Part shown: piece by piece, positions 48,134-57,312 of the stretch
Layout: every line of letters starts with the position of its first letter
Position numbering within the stretch: the first letter of the stretch is position 1
Assembly: GCA_947381325.1 (NCBI GenBank)
Contig: CANCUP010000001.1
Location: forward strand, 88-64,087
Reading direction: 5' to 3'
DNA length: 64,000 bases
DNA from: Comamonadaceae bacterium
GTDB taxonomy: Bacteria > Pseudomonadota > Gammaproteobacteria > Burkholderiales > Burkholderiaceae_C
Translations under genes and position numbers: made by a program
Notes under the pieces: model-generated
What the model saw: the letters and a program-made list of their open reading frames with translations, nothing else
Told to the model about the DNA's origin: nothing
Databases searched by the model: none

Positions 48134-49506
48134 CACACAGCGAGCGGATCGCCGACTTTGCCCTGTCCTTGCGGGCCCGGGACATTCCCCAAGACGTGAC
48201 ACAGTTGGCACGCTTGCACCTGCTGGACGCCATCGGCGTCGGGCTGGCCGCCTCTGAGGGCGATGTCCAGCAACGCATGGCCCGCAGCCTGTTGCACGGC
48301 CAAACTCCCAGCAGCGGCAGCACCGTGCTGGGTCACAGCGCCCTCACCCATGCGGCACAAGCCGCCCTGCTCAACGGCAGCTTCATCCATGCGCTGGAAT
48401 ACGACGACACCCACATGGCCTCGATCGTGCACGGCAGCGCGGTGCTGGTGCCTGCCGCGCTGGCCGCTGCCGAACAGCACCAGCTGAGCTGGGGAGAATG
48501 CGTGCGCTTGGTCGCCCTTGGCTGGGAGGTGCTGGTGCGCGTGGGCCTGGCGGCCCCCGGTGCCTTTCAGCGGCGCGGGTTTCAAGTCACCTCGGTCGGT
48601 GGCGCGCTGGTGTCGGCCCTGATCGCGGGTTTGGCCGCAGGCGCTACGCGTACCGAGCTGATCTGGGCACAGGGCATTGCAGGCAGCCAAGCCTCGGGCA
48701 TCTTTGAGTTTCTCAGCGAAGGCGCCACCGTCAAAGCCCTGCATCCGGGTTGGGCTGCACACGCCGGACTCATGGCCGCGCAGTTGGCGGGTGCTGGCAT
48801 GACCGGTCCATCGACGGTGTACGAAGGACGCTTTGGCCTGTACAACACCTACACCGACGATGCGCTGGCCGCCGACGCCTTGGGGCACCAGCTCAACAGC
48901 CTGGGCCAGACCTGGATGCTGCGCGATGCCGCCTTCAAACTGTTTCCTTGCTGCCATTACATTCACCCGTTTTTAGAAGGCGTGCAACAACTCTTGGCCA
49001 AGCCTGTGGCGCTGCAAGACATCACGCACATCGAATGCCGTGTGCCCCCAGGCGCAGCCGCCATCATTTGTGAACCTTGGGCGCGCAAGCAATCGCCTGT
49101 GCGCTTGAACGAAGCCAAATACAGCCTGCCCTATTGCATGGCCTTGGCGTGTCTGGACATTCCCATCACGGCGCAACACTTTCTGTCGACCGAGGTCAAC
49201 GCCCAGGCCGTGGCATTTGCACAGCACATCCGCTGGACGCCCATGCGTGACGCAGACTTTCCCAACAAATTTCAGGCCGAGATCGAGGTGCGATGCCGGG
49301 ATGGACAAAGCACCTTGGTGCGCATTGACCAAGTCAAAGGCAGTGCCGAGCGGCCAGCGTCCACCGAAGACATCACGGCCAAGTTCATCGAAAACACCCG
49401 CACATGTGCAACCCCACACACGCAGCAGCTCGTCATTGACTGGGTGCTGCACGGCGCATCAGACCTGCCTGTGACGCAACTGGGCGAGCTTTTGCGCCAT
49501 GCGTGA
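48130..49506 (+). CDS. MmgE/PrpD family protein
   Basis: Motifs HALEYDDTH...VHGS, KALHPG, KLFPCCHYIH, AKYSLP. Confidence 0.9.
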   Translation: MTHSERIADFALSLRARDIPQDVTQLARLHLLDAIGVGLAASEGDVQQRMARSLLHGQTPSSGSTVLGHSALTHAAQAALLNGSFIHALEYDDTHMASIVHGSAVLVPAALAAAEQHQLSWGECVRLVALGWEVLVRVGLAAPGAFQRRGFQVTSVGGALVSALIAGLAAGATRTELIWAQGIAGSQASGIFEFLSEGATVKALHPGWAAHAGLMAAQLAGAGMTGPSTVYEGRFGLYNTYTDDALAADALGHQLNSLGQTWMLRDAAFKLFPCCHYIHPFLEGVQQLLAKPVALQDITHIECRVPPGAAAIICEPWARKQSPVRLNEAKYSLPYCMALACLDIPITAQHFLSTEVNAQAVAFAQHIRWTPMRDADFPNKFQAEIEVRCRDGQSTLVRIDQVKGSAERPASTEDITAKFIENTRTCATPHTQQLVIDWVLHGASDLPVTQLGELLRHA

Positions 49507-49541
49507 CTGCCTGCCGATACGCTGATTTTTGAAAGCCCACC

Positions 49542-50159
49542 ATGAACCACGATGTCCACTCGTATGACCCCAGCGTTGGCCACGGCCTGGCGCATGACCC
49601 GTTCAAAGCCATACTTGCACCGCGTGTGATCGGCTGGATTTCCACCTGCAATGCCCAGGGGCAAGCCAACCTGGCGCCCTACAGTTTTTTTGGCGCGTTC
49701 TCGGCCAATCCCCACATCATTGGTTTTTCAAGCGAAGGCTACAAAGACACCATTCGCAACATCGAAGAAACCGGTGAATTCACCTGGAACCTCACCAGCC
49801 GCGCCTTGGCCGATGCCATGAACCGCAGTGCAGCCCCGGTCACGCCCAACGTCAACGAGTTCGAGTTGGCGGGCCTGACCCAAGTGCCAGGGCAGCATGT
49901 GACATCACCCCGCGTGGGCGAATCGCCTGCGGCGTTGGAATGCAAGCTGTTGAAGATCTTGCGGCTTGAAGCCTTGGACGGCCACACCACCAGCAACTGG
50001 ATTGCCTTTGGTCAAGTGGTGGGGGTGCACATTCGCCGCGACTTCATCCACAACGGGCTGTTCGACCTGAAAGCCGCGCAACCCATCCTGCGAGCAGGCT
50101 ACCGGGGTGACTACGCCACCCTGGGCGAGATGTTCGAGATGATTCGACCAGACGCTTAA
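49542..50159 (+). CDS. Flavin reductase-like (flavoredoxin/DIM6-NTAB) protein
   Basis: Motifs PRVIGWIST, NLAPYSFF, KDTIRNIEETGEF, ALECKL. Confidence 0.9.
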   Translation: MNHDVHSYDPSVGHGLAHDPFKAILAPRVIGWISTCNAQGQANLAPYSFFGAFSANPHIIGFSSEGYKDTIRNIEETGEFTWNLTSRALADAMNRSAAPVTPNVNEFELAGLTQVPGQHVTSPRVGESPAALECKLLKILRLEALDGHTTSNWIAFGQVVGVHIRRDFIHNGLFDLKAAQPILRAGYRGDYATLGEMFEMIRPDA

Positions 50160-51007
50160 GCGCCAAAGTCCGCGCTGGCCTTGACCTCTTCAATGCCCTG
50201 TTGGTTGACCCAGTGTGCCAACTCATCATGGCGCGGCATCCACACCCCTTCGTGCTGAGACATGTAGCTCATCAACTTGTGCAGCTGTGCGCTCATCAAG
50301 GGGCGTCCACCAAAGTTGCCGTGCATGGTGATGTTGATGAATGAGCCCGGCTCGCATTGGTACTGGTAGTCGAACATGTCACGGTAGGTGGTGAACCAAT
50401 CGATGGGCGCACCACGCAACACGCGGTTGTCGGCATAGTCGCTGTGGGGGATGCCCACAATGTCCCCTGAGGGGGTGTGCATGCGGCCGGGCAAGTCCAT
50501 GTCGTTGTAGTCGCCATGCCACAGCAAGCCCTCTTGCTTGAGCAATTCAGCGGTGCGGTCGGTGGTGGCCACCGTGGAACTGAGCCAACCGACAGGCTTG
50601 ACGCCTGAAATGGTTTCCAAAATGCGCAGGCTCTTTTGGATCAAGGCACGCTCTTGCGGCTCGTCCAACCCAGACAGCACCTCGTCTTGCATGTAGTTGT
50701 GACCGGCGATCTCAAACCCCGCCTCCACAATGTGACGCACGGTCTCTGGAAAGAGTTCAGCCGAACGTGCGTTGATGCAGGCTGTGCCAGAGGCACCGAA
50801 TTGTTGGGCGATGCGAATCAGCCGCGCCATGCCGAAGCGGCCCCCATAGTCGGCCCACAAAATGCCTGCGCGATCCACCGCACCGGCTTTGGGTGGGCTG
50901 GTCATGGGCGAATAAGGCGGGGCTTTGCCGGGCGACCAGTTCTCCATCAAAAAAGTCAGGACAACGGTGAGGCGGGGCTGTGTGGTGGGCTTGTTGAGAA
51001 ATGGCAT
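50156..51007 (-). CDS. Polysaccharide deacetylase / PuuE-like CE4 hydrolase
   Basis: Motifs DYGGRFGMARL, EIAGH, PVGWLS, ITMH..GRP. Confidence 0.8.
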   Translation of the reverse strand: MPFLNKPTTQPRLTVVLTFLMENWSPGKAPPYSPMTSPPKAGAVDRAGILWADYGGRFGMARLIRIAQQFGASGTACINARSAELFPETVRHIVEAGFEIAGHNYMQDEVLSGLDEPQERALIQKSLRILETISGVKPVGWLSSTVATTDRTAELLKQEGLLWHGDYNDMDLPGRMHTPSGDIVGIPHSDYADNRVLRGAPIDWFTTYRDMFDYQYQCEPGSFINITMHGNFGGRPLMSAQLHKLMSYMSQHEGVWMPRHDELAHWVNQQGIEEVKASADFGA

Positions 51008-51036
51008 AAGTACTTTGCTGTGGAAGGGGTGAAAAA

Positions 51037-52035
51037 TTACTCCGGCACGATGCCGGCTTGTGTGACGATGTTTTTGTACAGCTGCGCGCTGTCAAAGAGT
51101 TGCTTGGAAAAAACCTCGGACGACTCCATGCGGATGTCGTAGCCCGCCAATTCCATCTTGGCTTTGAACTCGGGGTCTTTGCTGATCTTCTCCACCTCGG
51201 CGCTCAAGCGCTGCGTGATGGGCGCCGGCAGCCCTTTGGGGCCGAGCAGACCCACCCAGGTGTCGGGCACTGAAAACCCAGACAGTCCACTCTCGGCCAG
51301 TGTGGGCAGCGAGGGCGCACTGGCAGAACGCGAGCCATCCACCAGGCCCAGCAAGCGCAGCTTGCCGCTTTGCACATGGGGCAAGACATTGGACAAGACC
51401 AAAATTCCAAAATCCACTTGACCCGACAACACATCGGTCAGGGCCGCAGAGCCGCCCCGGTAAGGCACATGGGTGAGCTTGGCCTTGTGGGTGATGCCCA
51501 ACATCAAGCCCGCCAAATGCTGCGAGGTGCCAGCACCCGAGGTGCCGAAAGACAGGCCCTTGGCATTGCTGCGAGATTCATCCAGCAAGTCTTTGATGGT
51601 TTGAAACGGCGAGTTGGCCGGCACCACCAAGGCCTGAGGAGCCACCGCAATTTTGGCAATGGCGCTGAAGTCTTTCACCGGGTCGTAGTTGACGCCCTTG
51701 CTGAAGAGCTGGATAGTTTGGTGCGGCGGTCCCAAGTTGACCAACAAGGTGTAGCCGTCGGCAGGCGCTGCAGCCACAAAGGCCGAACCAATGGCGCCAC
51801 CGGCACCCGGACGGTTTTCAACAATCACGGTTTGCCCCAAGGCCTGCGAGAGCTTGGGCGCGAGTTGTCGGGCCACCGTGTCCGCCGCCCCACCCGCAGC
51901 AAAGGGTGCGATCAACCGGATGGGCTTATTGGGATAGCCCTGCGCCATGGCCGCCCCTAGCAGGCCCAGGGACAGGCCACAGGCCACGCCCGTGAAGCGA
52001 AGGAACCGGTTGATCCAGCGTGTTGTTTGATGCAT
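51037..52035 (-). CDS. Bug/TctC tripartite tricarboxylate transporter receptor
   Basis: Motifs PFAAGGAAD, VENRPGAGG, HVPYRGG. Confidence 0.93.
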   Translation of the reverse strand: MHQTTRWINRFLRFTGVACGLSLGLLGAAMAQGYPNKPIRLIAPFAAGGAADTVARQLAPKLSQALGQTVIVENRPGAGGAIGSAFVAAAPADGYTLLVNLGPPHQTIQLFSKGVNYDPVKDFSAIAKIAVAPQALVVPANSPFQTIKDLLDESRSNAKGLSFGTSGAGTSQHLAGLMLGITHKAKLTHVPYRGGSAALTDVLSGQVDFGILVLSNVLPHVQSGKLRLLGLVDGSRSASAPSLPTLAESGLSGFSVPDTWVGLLGPKGLPAPITQRLSAEVEKISKDPEFKAKMELAGYDIRMESSEVFSKQLFDSAQLYKNIVTQAGIVPE

Positions 52036-52092
52036 GCGTCATCTCCTGATTGTTGTGAGGGTCTGTTGTTTGCGCGTGAGGCGCGCGCGTGC

Positions 52093-52881
52093 TCATGTGC
52101 GGTAGCTCGGATCGGCCCGGTCGAGCATGCGCAACAAGGCCGGCCACTCCATCACGCCATAAGGCCTGCGGGTGTTGGGTTGGTAATTTTGGAAAGTCTC
52201 TTCCAGCACCTGGGCTGACACCTGTTGCAAGGGGCTGTTGCAGGCCATGGCCGCCAACTGGGCACGGCAAGACAACTCCATGCGGTGCATCCAGTTGAAG
52301 GCTTCGCCCACGCTGCGGCCACAGGTCAACAAACCGTGGTTGCGCAACACCATGGCGTCGGTGTTGCCGAGGTCTTGGACCAACACCTCTTGCTCGGCCA
52401 GGTCGAGCACCACGCCCATGTAGTCGTGGTAGCTCACTTTGAGAAAACGCATCGAGGTTTGGTTGATCGGCAACAAGCCACAGGCCAAAGACGACACCGC
52501 CATGCCCGCCGCGGTGTGGGTGTGGATGACGCAATTGACTTCAGGGCGCGCTTTGTGCACTGCGCTGTGCAAAATAAACCCAGGCTTGTTCAAGCCGTAG
52601 TTGAGCTCACCAAAGTCAGGCTTGTGCAGCACATGGCCGTCATGGTCGAGCTTGATCAGGCACGAAGCCGTCATCTCTTCGTACATCATGCCGTAGGGGT
52701 TGGTGAGGAAGGCGTTGTCTTCGCCCGGCACACGCAAGGTGATGTGGTTGGCCATCATGTCGGACATGCCGTAGTGCGCCACCAAGCGGTAACAAGCCGC
52801 CAAATCGATGCGCGTTTGCCACTCTGCGTCAGACACTTTGCCTTCGAGGGATGGAAGATCCAAATAGCCCAGCTTTGCCAT
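52093..52881 (-). CDS. Class II aldolase/adducin family protein
   Basis: RIDLAACYR, NHIT, and metal ligands IHTH and LRNHG. Confidence 0.9.
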   Translation of the reverse strand: MAKLGYLDLPSLEGKVSDAEWQTRIDLAACYRLVAHYGMSDMMANHITLRVPGEDNAFLTNPYGMMYEEMTASCLIKLDHDGHVLHKPDFGELNYGLNKPGFILHSAVHKARPEVNCVIHTHTAAGMAVSSLACGLLPINQTSMRFLKVSYHDYMGVVLDLAEQEVLVQDLGNTDAMVLRNHGLLTCGRSVGEAFNWMHRMELSCRAQLAAMACNSPLQQVSAQVLEETFQNYQPNTRRPYGVMEWPALLRMLDRADPSYRT

Positions 52882-52893
52882 GTTGTCACCTGT

Positions 52894-53955
52894 TCAAGTT
52901 GAGGGTTGCACCACATTGCGCAACGGTTGCTGCAAGACATACGCGTTGAGGTTGTGGCAAAAAATATCGAACACCGCTTGTGCGTACCCTGTGAAATGGC
53001 CTGCCGTGTGCGGTGACACCATCACCTGGGGCATGTCCCACAGCGGCGAGGTGGTGGGCAGCGGCTCGACTTCAAACACATCCAAAAACGCGCCGCCCAA
53101 ATGGCCGGCATTCAGGCACGCAATCAACGCCGTTTGATCCACCACTTCGCCGCGTGCCACATTGATCAAGTAAGCCCCTGGGGGCAACAAGCGCAGCCGA
53201 TCCACGTCGACCAAGCCCTGTGTGGTCTCGGTGAGCGGACAAGCCAAGATCAGGTAACGCACAGCATGCAGCTGGTGTGCAAAGGTGGAAAAACTCTCCA
53301 CCGCACGCAAGGCAGGATTCGCTAGATGGCGCGCCGGATCGCGCGTGACGCCCACCACCTCCAGCCCCAAGGCCTGCAAGTAGCTGGCAATTTGCAGCCC
53401 AATCGGCCCCAAGCCCACCACCATGGCGCGTTGCCCGATGAAGCTGTGGGTGTCGGGGTCGTTGAGCAAGGGGCGCCAGACTTTGTGGGCCTGCGCTTGC
53501 ACCAGACTTGGAAAACGCCTTCCCAGCGCCAGCACAGCCGCCACCGCCGTGTGCGCCACCGACTGGGCATTGGCCCCCGACGAGGTGGTGACACGAACGC
53601 CGCGCTGCATCAACTCGCCAAAAATAGGCCGGTCGGCGCCCGAGGAATGGGTATGGATCCATGCCAAAGCAGGCGAGGCTCTCAACACCTCGTAATAGCG
53701 CAGCAAACTCGGCTGCAGTTTGGTTTTGGTCGAAGCCCCCGTGACGTCGCGCGAGACAAACGCGATGTCGCAGGGGTAGTGGCCCTGGTCATCGGGCTGG
53801 CTGTCGGGGGTGACCCAGTTCAATCGCACCGTGTCTTGCGAAGCTTGGGCAACCACGCGTGCGATGACTTCGCCATGGCTGTCCAACGCTTGGCGCGACA
53901 ACAAGACGTTCAGCACAGGATCAGCACCAGAAGTTGCAGACATGGCGTGGGTCAC
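52894..53955 (-). CDS. D-2-hydroxyacid dehydrogenase family
   Basis: Motifs GLGPIG, INVARG, LDVFEVEPL, SPHTAG. Confidence 0.9.
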   Translation of the reverse strand: MTHAMSATSGADPVLNVLLSRQALDSHGEVIARVVAQASQDTVRLNWVTPDSQPDDQGHYPCDIAFVSRDVTGASTKTKLQPSLLRYYEVLRASPALAWIHTHSSGADRPIFGELMQRGVRVTTSSGANAQSVAHTAVAAVLALGRRFPSLVQAQAHKVWRPLLNDPDTHSFIGQRAMVVGLGPIGLQIASYLQALGLEVVGVTRDPARHLANPALRAVESFSTFAHQLHAVRYLILACPLTETTQGLVDVDRLRLLPPGAYLINVARGEVVDQTALIACLNAGHLGGAFLDVFEVEPLPTTSPLWDMPQVMVSPHTAGHFTGYAQAVFDIFCHNLNAYVLQQPLRNVVQPST

Positions 53956-54924
53956 TCACTCCGCTTTGACGCCCGCTTGCTTGGCGACCGAGCTCCACTT
54001 GGTGAACTCGCTGCGGATGAAGCGGTCAAATTCATCGGGCTGACTGGCCACCACATCGACACCCATCTTGGCCATTTTTTCTTTCACATCGGGCATGTTC
54101 ATGACGGTACGGATGTCGTTGTTGATTTTCGTCAAGACCGCTTTGGGCAATTTGGCTGGCGCCAACACCCCGCCCCACAAAGCGGCAGAGAAATTAGGGA
54201 TGGCCGCCTCGGCCACGGTCGGCACTTTGGGAAACAAGGGCGAGCGTTGCGCGCCTGAATAGCTCAAAGCTTTGAGCTTGCCCGCCTCCACCTGCTGCAA
54301 GGCTTGCGCGGGGCTGCCGATGTTGAGGTCGACCACGCCCGAGATGGCGTCCATCATGGCGGGCGCCCCACCGACATAGGGCACGTGAATCATCTTCACG
54401 CCGGCAGCGCCATTGAGCAACTCTTGCGACAGGTGATGCACCGAGCCGTCGCCGGGGGTGGAATAGGTGATGACGCCGGGTTTGCTTTTGGCCAAGGCAA
54501 TCAACTCAGCCAAGTTGTTGGCAGGCAACTTGGGGTTGGCCATCAACAGCAAAGGTGAGCTGCCAATTTGGGTGACCGGGGTGAAGTCGCCAAACGCGTC
54601 ATACGACAATTTGGGGCGCACCGCAGCCACCACCACATGGTTGGTCAAAATCACCAACAAGGTGTGGCCGTCGGGTGCCGATTTGGCCACCACATCGGCC
54701 GCAATGACGCCCGAGGCGCCGGCGCGGTTTTCGACCACCACAGCTTGGTTCCAGACCGTGGGTAATTTTTCAGCCAGCACGCGGGCCATGATGTCAGCCA
54801 GACCACCGGGCGGAAAGCCCACCACCAAACGCACCGGTTTGCTGGGAAAGTCTTGTGCCAAGGCAGCACCGGCCATCCAGCATGACAGGCCCAACAGGGC
54901 CAAGCTTCGCATCCAATGTTTCAT
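53956..54924 (-). CDS. Bug/TctC receptor
   Basis: Start MKHWMRS with upstream GAGGAG; motifs GFPPGGLAD, VENRAGASG. Confidence 0.92.
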   Translation of the reverse strand: MKHWMRSLALLGLSCWMAGAALAQDFPSKPVRLVVGFPPGGLADIMARVLAEKLPTVWNQAVVVENRAGASGVIAADVVAKSAPDGHTLLVILTNHVVVAAVRPKLSYDAFGDFTPVTQIGSSPLLLMANPKLPANNLAELIALAKSKPGVITYSTPGDGSVHHLSQELLNGAAGVKMIHVPYVGGAPAMMDAISGVVDLNIGSPAQALQQVEAGKLKALSYSGAQRSPLFPKVPTVAEAAIPNFSAALWGGVLAPAKLPKAVLTKINNDIRTVMNMPDVKEKMAKMGVDVVASQPDEFDRFIRSEFTKWSSVAKQAGVKAE

Positions 54925-56093
54925 ACAGTCTCCTCGTGTTTCACACACCATGACGATGCCGCCTTCAAATCTGGGTCGACACCAAGTCCAGCGCCTTGCG
55001 GCATCACCCACTGCCCTTGCACCAAGGCAGGGAAAGGCTGGCACAGCGCTTCGCGCAGCGGGTTTTCGTTGACGTCCACCTCCAGCAGGCCCGGCCCACC
55101 CACAGCAGCCAGCACATGGGCCGAGGCCATCAAGCCAATGCCGCTGCCCAGCCAATGTGGGCAGTACAGCTTGCCTGCAGACAGCGCCTGCTGCCCCACC
55201 CCACGCGAGGCACTGATGCCACCCCACTTGCCCACATCGGGTTGAATCACACCCAGCCACTCGGACTGCTGCGCAAAGTCATCGCCCCGTAAATTTTCGC
55301 CACCGGCCAAGGGCGCGGAAAAGGCCTGGGCACAACGACGCCATTCGTCGGCCGGTCGATCGGCCAACAAGGGTTCCTCTACCCATGCCAAGTCGAACTC
55401 GGTCAACAACGGTGCCATGTGCAGCGCTTGGTCGAGGGTCCAACCTTGGTTGACGTCGACCATCAAACGCTCGTGCGCCGCCATGTCTTGGCGGATGCTG
55501 CGCAAGTTGTGCAGGTCGGTGGACTCACCAAAGCCAATTTTTTGTTTGAACGCCGTGAAGCCTTGCGCGCGTGACAGCGCCACCACGTCGGGACCATCGG
55601 CTGGGTTCAAGCCGCTGGCATAGGCGGGCACCGAGGTAGCCTTGCCACCCAAGAGTTGGTACAGGGGCACCTGGGCACGACGCGCCAGCAGGTCCCACAC
55701 CGCGCAATCCAAGCCACCCAGCGCGGCGGCGATGGGCCCAGGCTCGCCGGTTTGAATGGCCATGGCATGCAATTTCTGGCTCAAGGTTTGCCACAGCACC
55801 CGGGGGTCAGTGATGGACTGTCGCAACACATGGGGCGCTAACAGTTGATGCACCACCTGGGCCCGGTGTTCGGCGCCAAACGACGGCAAGGTGCTGTAAA
55901 TCTCACCCCACCCGTAGGCGCCGTCTGGGTCTTGCACCCGCACCAACAAGGCCACGCGTTGGCCGATGCTGGCCAGCGTTGACACCACAGGTTTGCTGAC
56001 CTTGACACGGTAGAGGAAGGTTTCGATCTTTTCAATCTGCAGCGGCGGCTGTGCGCTGAGCAGGGTGAGGGGCGAGGTCAAGGGCAAGTCCAC
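54921..56093 (-). CDS. Mandelate racemase/muconate lactonizing enzyme family (KxK type)
   Basis: Motifs GWGE, FKQKIG, VDVN, VEEP, GGEN, QPD, PHW. Confidence 0.88.
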   Translation of the reverse strand: MDLPLTSPLTLLSAQPPLQIEKIETFLYRVKVSKPVVSTLASIGQRVALLVRVQDPDGAYGWGEIYSTLPSFGAEHRAQVVHQLLAPHVLRQSITDPRVLWQTLSQKLHAMAIQTGEPGPIAAALGGLDCAVWDLLARRAQVPLYQLLGGKATSVPAYASGLNPADGPDVVALSRAQGFTAFKQKIGFGESTDLHNLRSIRQDMAAHERLMVDVNQGWTLDQALHMAPLLTEFDLAWVEEPLLADRPADEWRRCAQAFSAPLAGGENLRGDDFAQQSEWLGVIQPDVGKWGGISASRGVGQQALSAGKLYCPHWLGSGIGLMASAHVLAAVGGPGLLEVDVNENPLREALCQPFPALVQGQWVMPQGAGLGVDPDLKAASSWCVKHEETV

Positions 56094-56098
56094 GCGGT

Positions 56099-57190
56099 TC
56101 AGGGCAAACGGAATTGACGCACCACATCCAGATCGGGGTCAAAGCCCAAGCCCGGACCTTGGGGCACATGCAAACGACCCCCCTGTTGCGCCACCGTGCT
56201 GCCCAGTGGACTGGCGCCCAAGTCTGCATACGAATACTCGATCATGGTTTCATCCGCAAAAGTGGCTGTCATGTGCAAGGTTGCCAACAGGCCAGGCCCG
56301 AAGTATGGCGAATGCGGCATGACAGGCGTGCCGTGTTGTGTCGCCAAGCGGACGATCTTCATGAACTCGGTGACCCCGCCAATTTTGGTGACGCTGGGCT
56401 GCGCATAGTCCACCGCGCCTGCGGTCAGCATTTGCGCAAAGTGCTCGGTGCTGATGTTGTTCTCGCCCGCCGCCAGGGCCATGCCACATGCCTGGCGAAG
56501 TCGTGCCAAGCCGGCAAAGTCTTCGGGCGGCCACAGCGGTTCTTCGAGCCACAGCAAATTGCAAGCTTTCAACTCTTGGGCCATGGCCAAGGCTTGGTCC
56601 TCGCGCCAAGGACAGTTCACATCGAGCATCAAATCCATCGTTGGGCCCATCACCTCACGCGCCGATTGCGCCATGGGTGTCGTCACCTCATGCAACTTGA
56701 TGGCAGCAAAACCTTTGTTCAAGGCGGCCTCCACATTGCGGGCCACCAAGTCCGTTTGACCGTAACGCATCAGGCTGGCATACACCGGCAAGCTCTCATG
56801 CTTGGCCCCGCCCAGCAAGCTGCTCAGGGGCAGCCCGGCTGCCTTGCCGGCCAAGTCCCACAAGGCAATGTCCAAGCCCGACAAGGCGTACGTGACAGCA
56901 CCCCCGCGCCCCAAGATGTGCAGCTGTTTTTGCAAACTCTCTGACAGGGCCACCACATCGGTTTCGTCACGCCCCATCACCAGCGGCGCGACCAAATGTT
57001 CAAAGGCCTGACGCGTGGCTGGCCAGATTGCCAAGCCAAAGGCTTCACCCCAACCGACCAAGCCTTGGTCGGTCTCCAGACGAATCAACAAAATATCCAT
57101 TTGCCTTGGAATGCCTGCGAACTTGGGCCTGGGGCCGCCGATTTCAAAAGGCAAGCTGACGGGAATGGCTTGGGCGCTGATGATGGTCAT
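56099..57190 (-). CDS. Mandelate racemase/MLE family (KxH type)
   Basis: Motifs GWGE, IKLHE, LDVN, LEEP, AGEN, QPS, PHSPY. Confidence 0.9.
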   Translation of the reverse strand: MTIISAQAIPVSLPFEIGGPRPKFAGIPRQMDILLIRLETDQGLVGWGEAFGLAIWPATRQAFEHLVAPLVMGRDETDVVALSESLQKQLHILGRGGAVTYALSGLDIALWDLAGKAAGLPLSSLLGGAKHESLPVYASLMRYGQTDLVARNVEAALNKGFAAIKLHEVTTPMAQSAREVMGPTMDLMLDVNCPWREDQALAMAQELKACNLLWLEEPLWPPEDFAGLARLRQACGMALAAGENNISTEHFAQMLTAGAVDYAQPSVTKIGGVTEFMKIVRLATQHGTPVMPHSPYFGPGLLATLHMTATFADETMIEYSYADLGASPLGSTVAQQGGRLHVPQGPGLGFDPDLDVVRQFRLP

Positions 57191-57205
57191 GGGCACGGAG
57201 CTTAC

Positions 57206-57249
57206 GTGAGCAGGCTGCGCCCCTCCATCCCGAAGGTGACAGGCTGCGC
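57206..57249. repeat. Short direct repeat in the divergent spacer
   Basis: GTGAGCAGGCTGCGC (57206-57220) and GTGACAGGCTGCGC (57236-57249). Confidence 0.6.
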
Positions 57250-57312
57250 GTTGAAATATGCCATAGTCCACGCCATTGTTTTGCCACCTGTTGGACCGCG
57301 AAAACCGCCCCC

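Noticed and set aside
54925-55260. N-terminal extension of the Bug ORF as given in the track; similar over-long starts at 9938, 18250, 26605, 29059 and 39908
   Set aside because: They run into upstream genes or spacers. Downstream ATGs with an RBS or stop-start coupling fit better.
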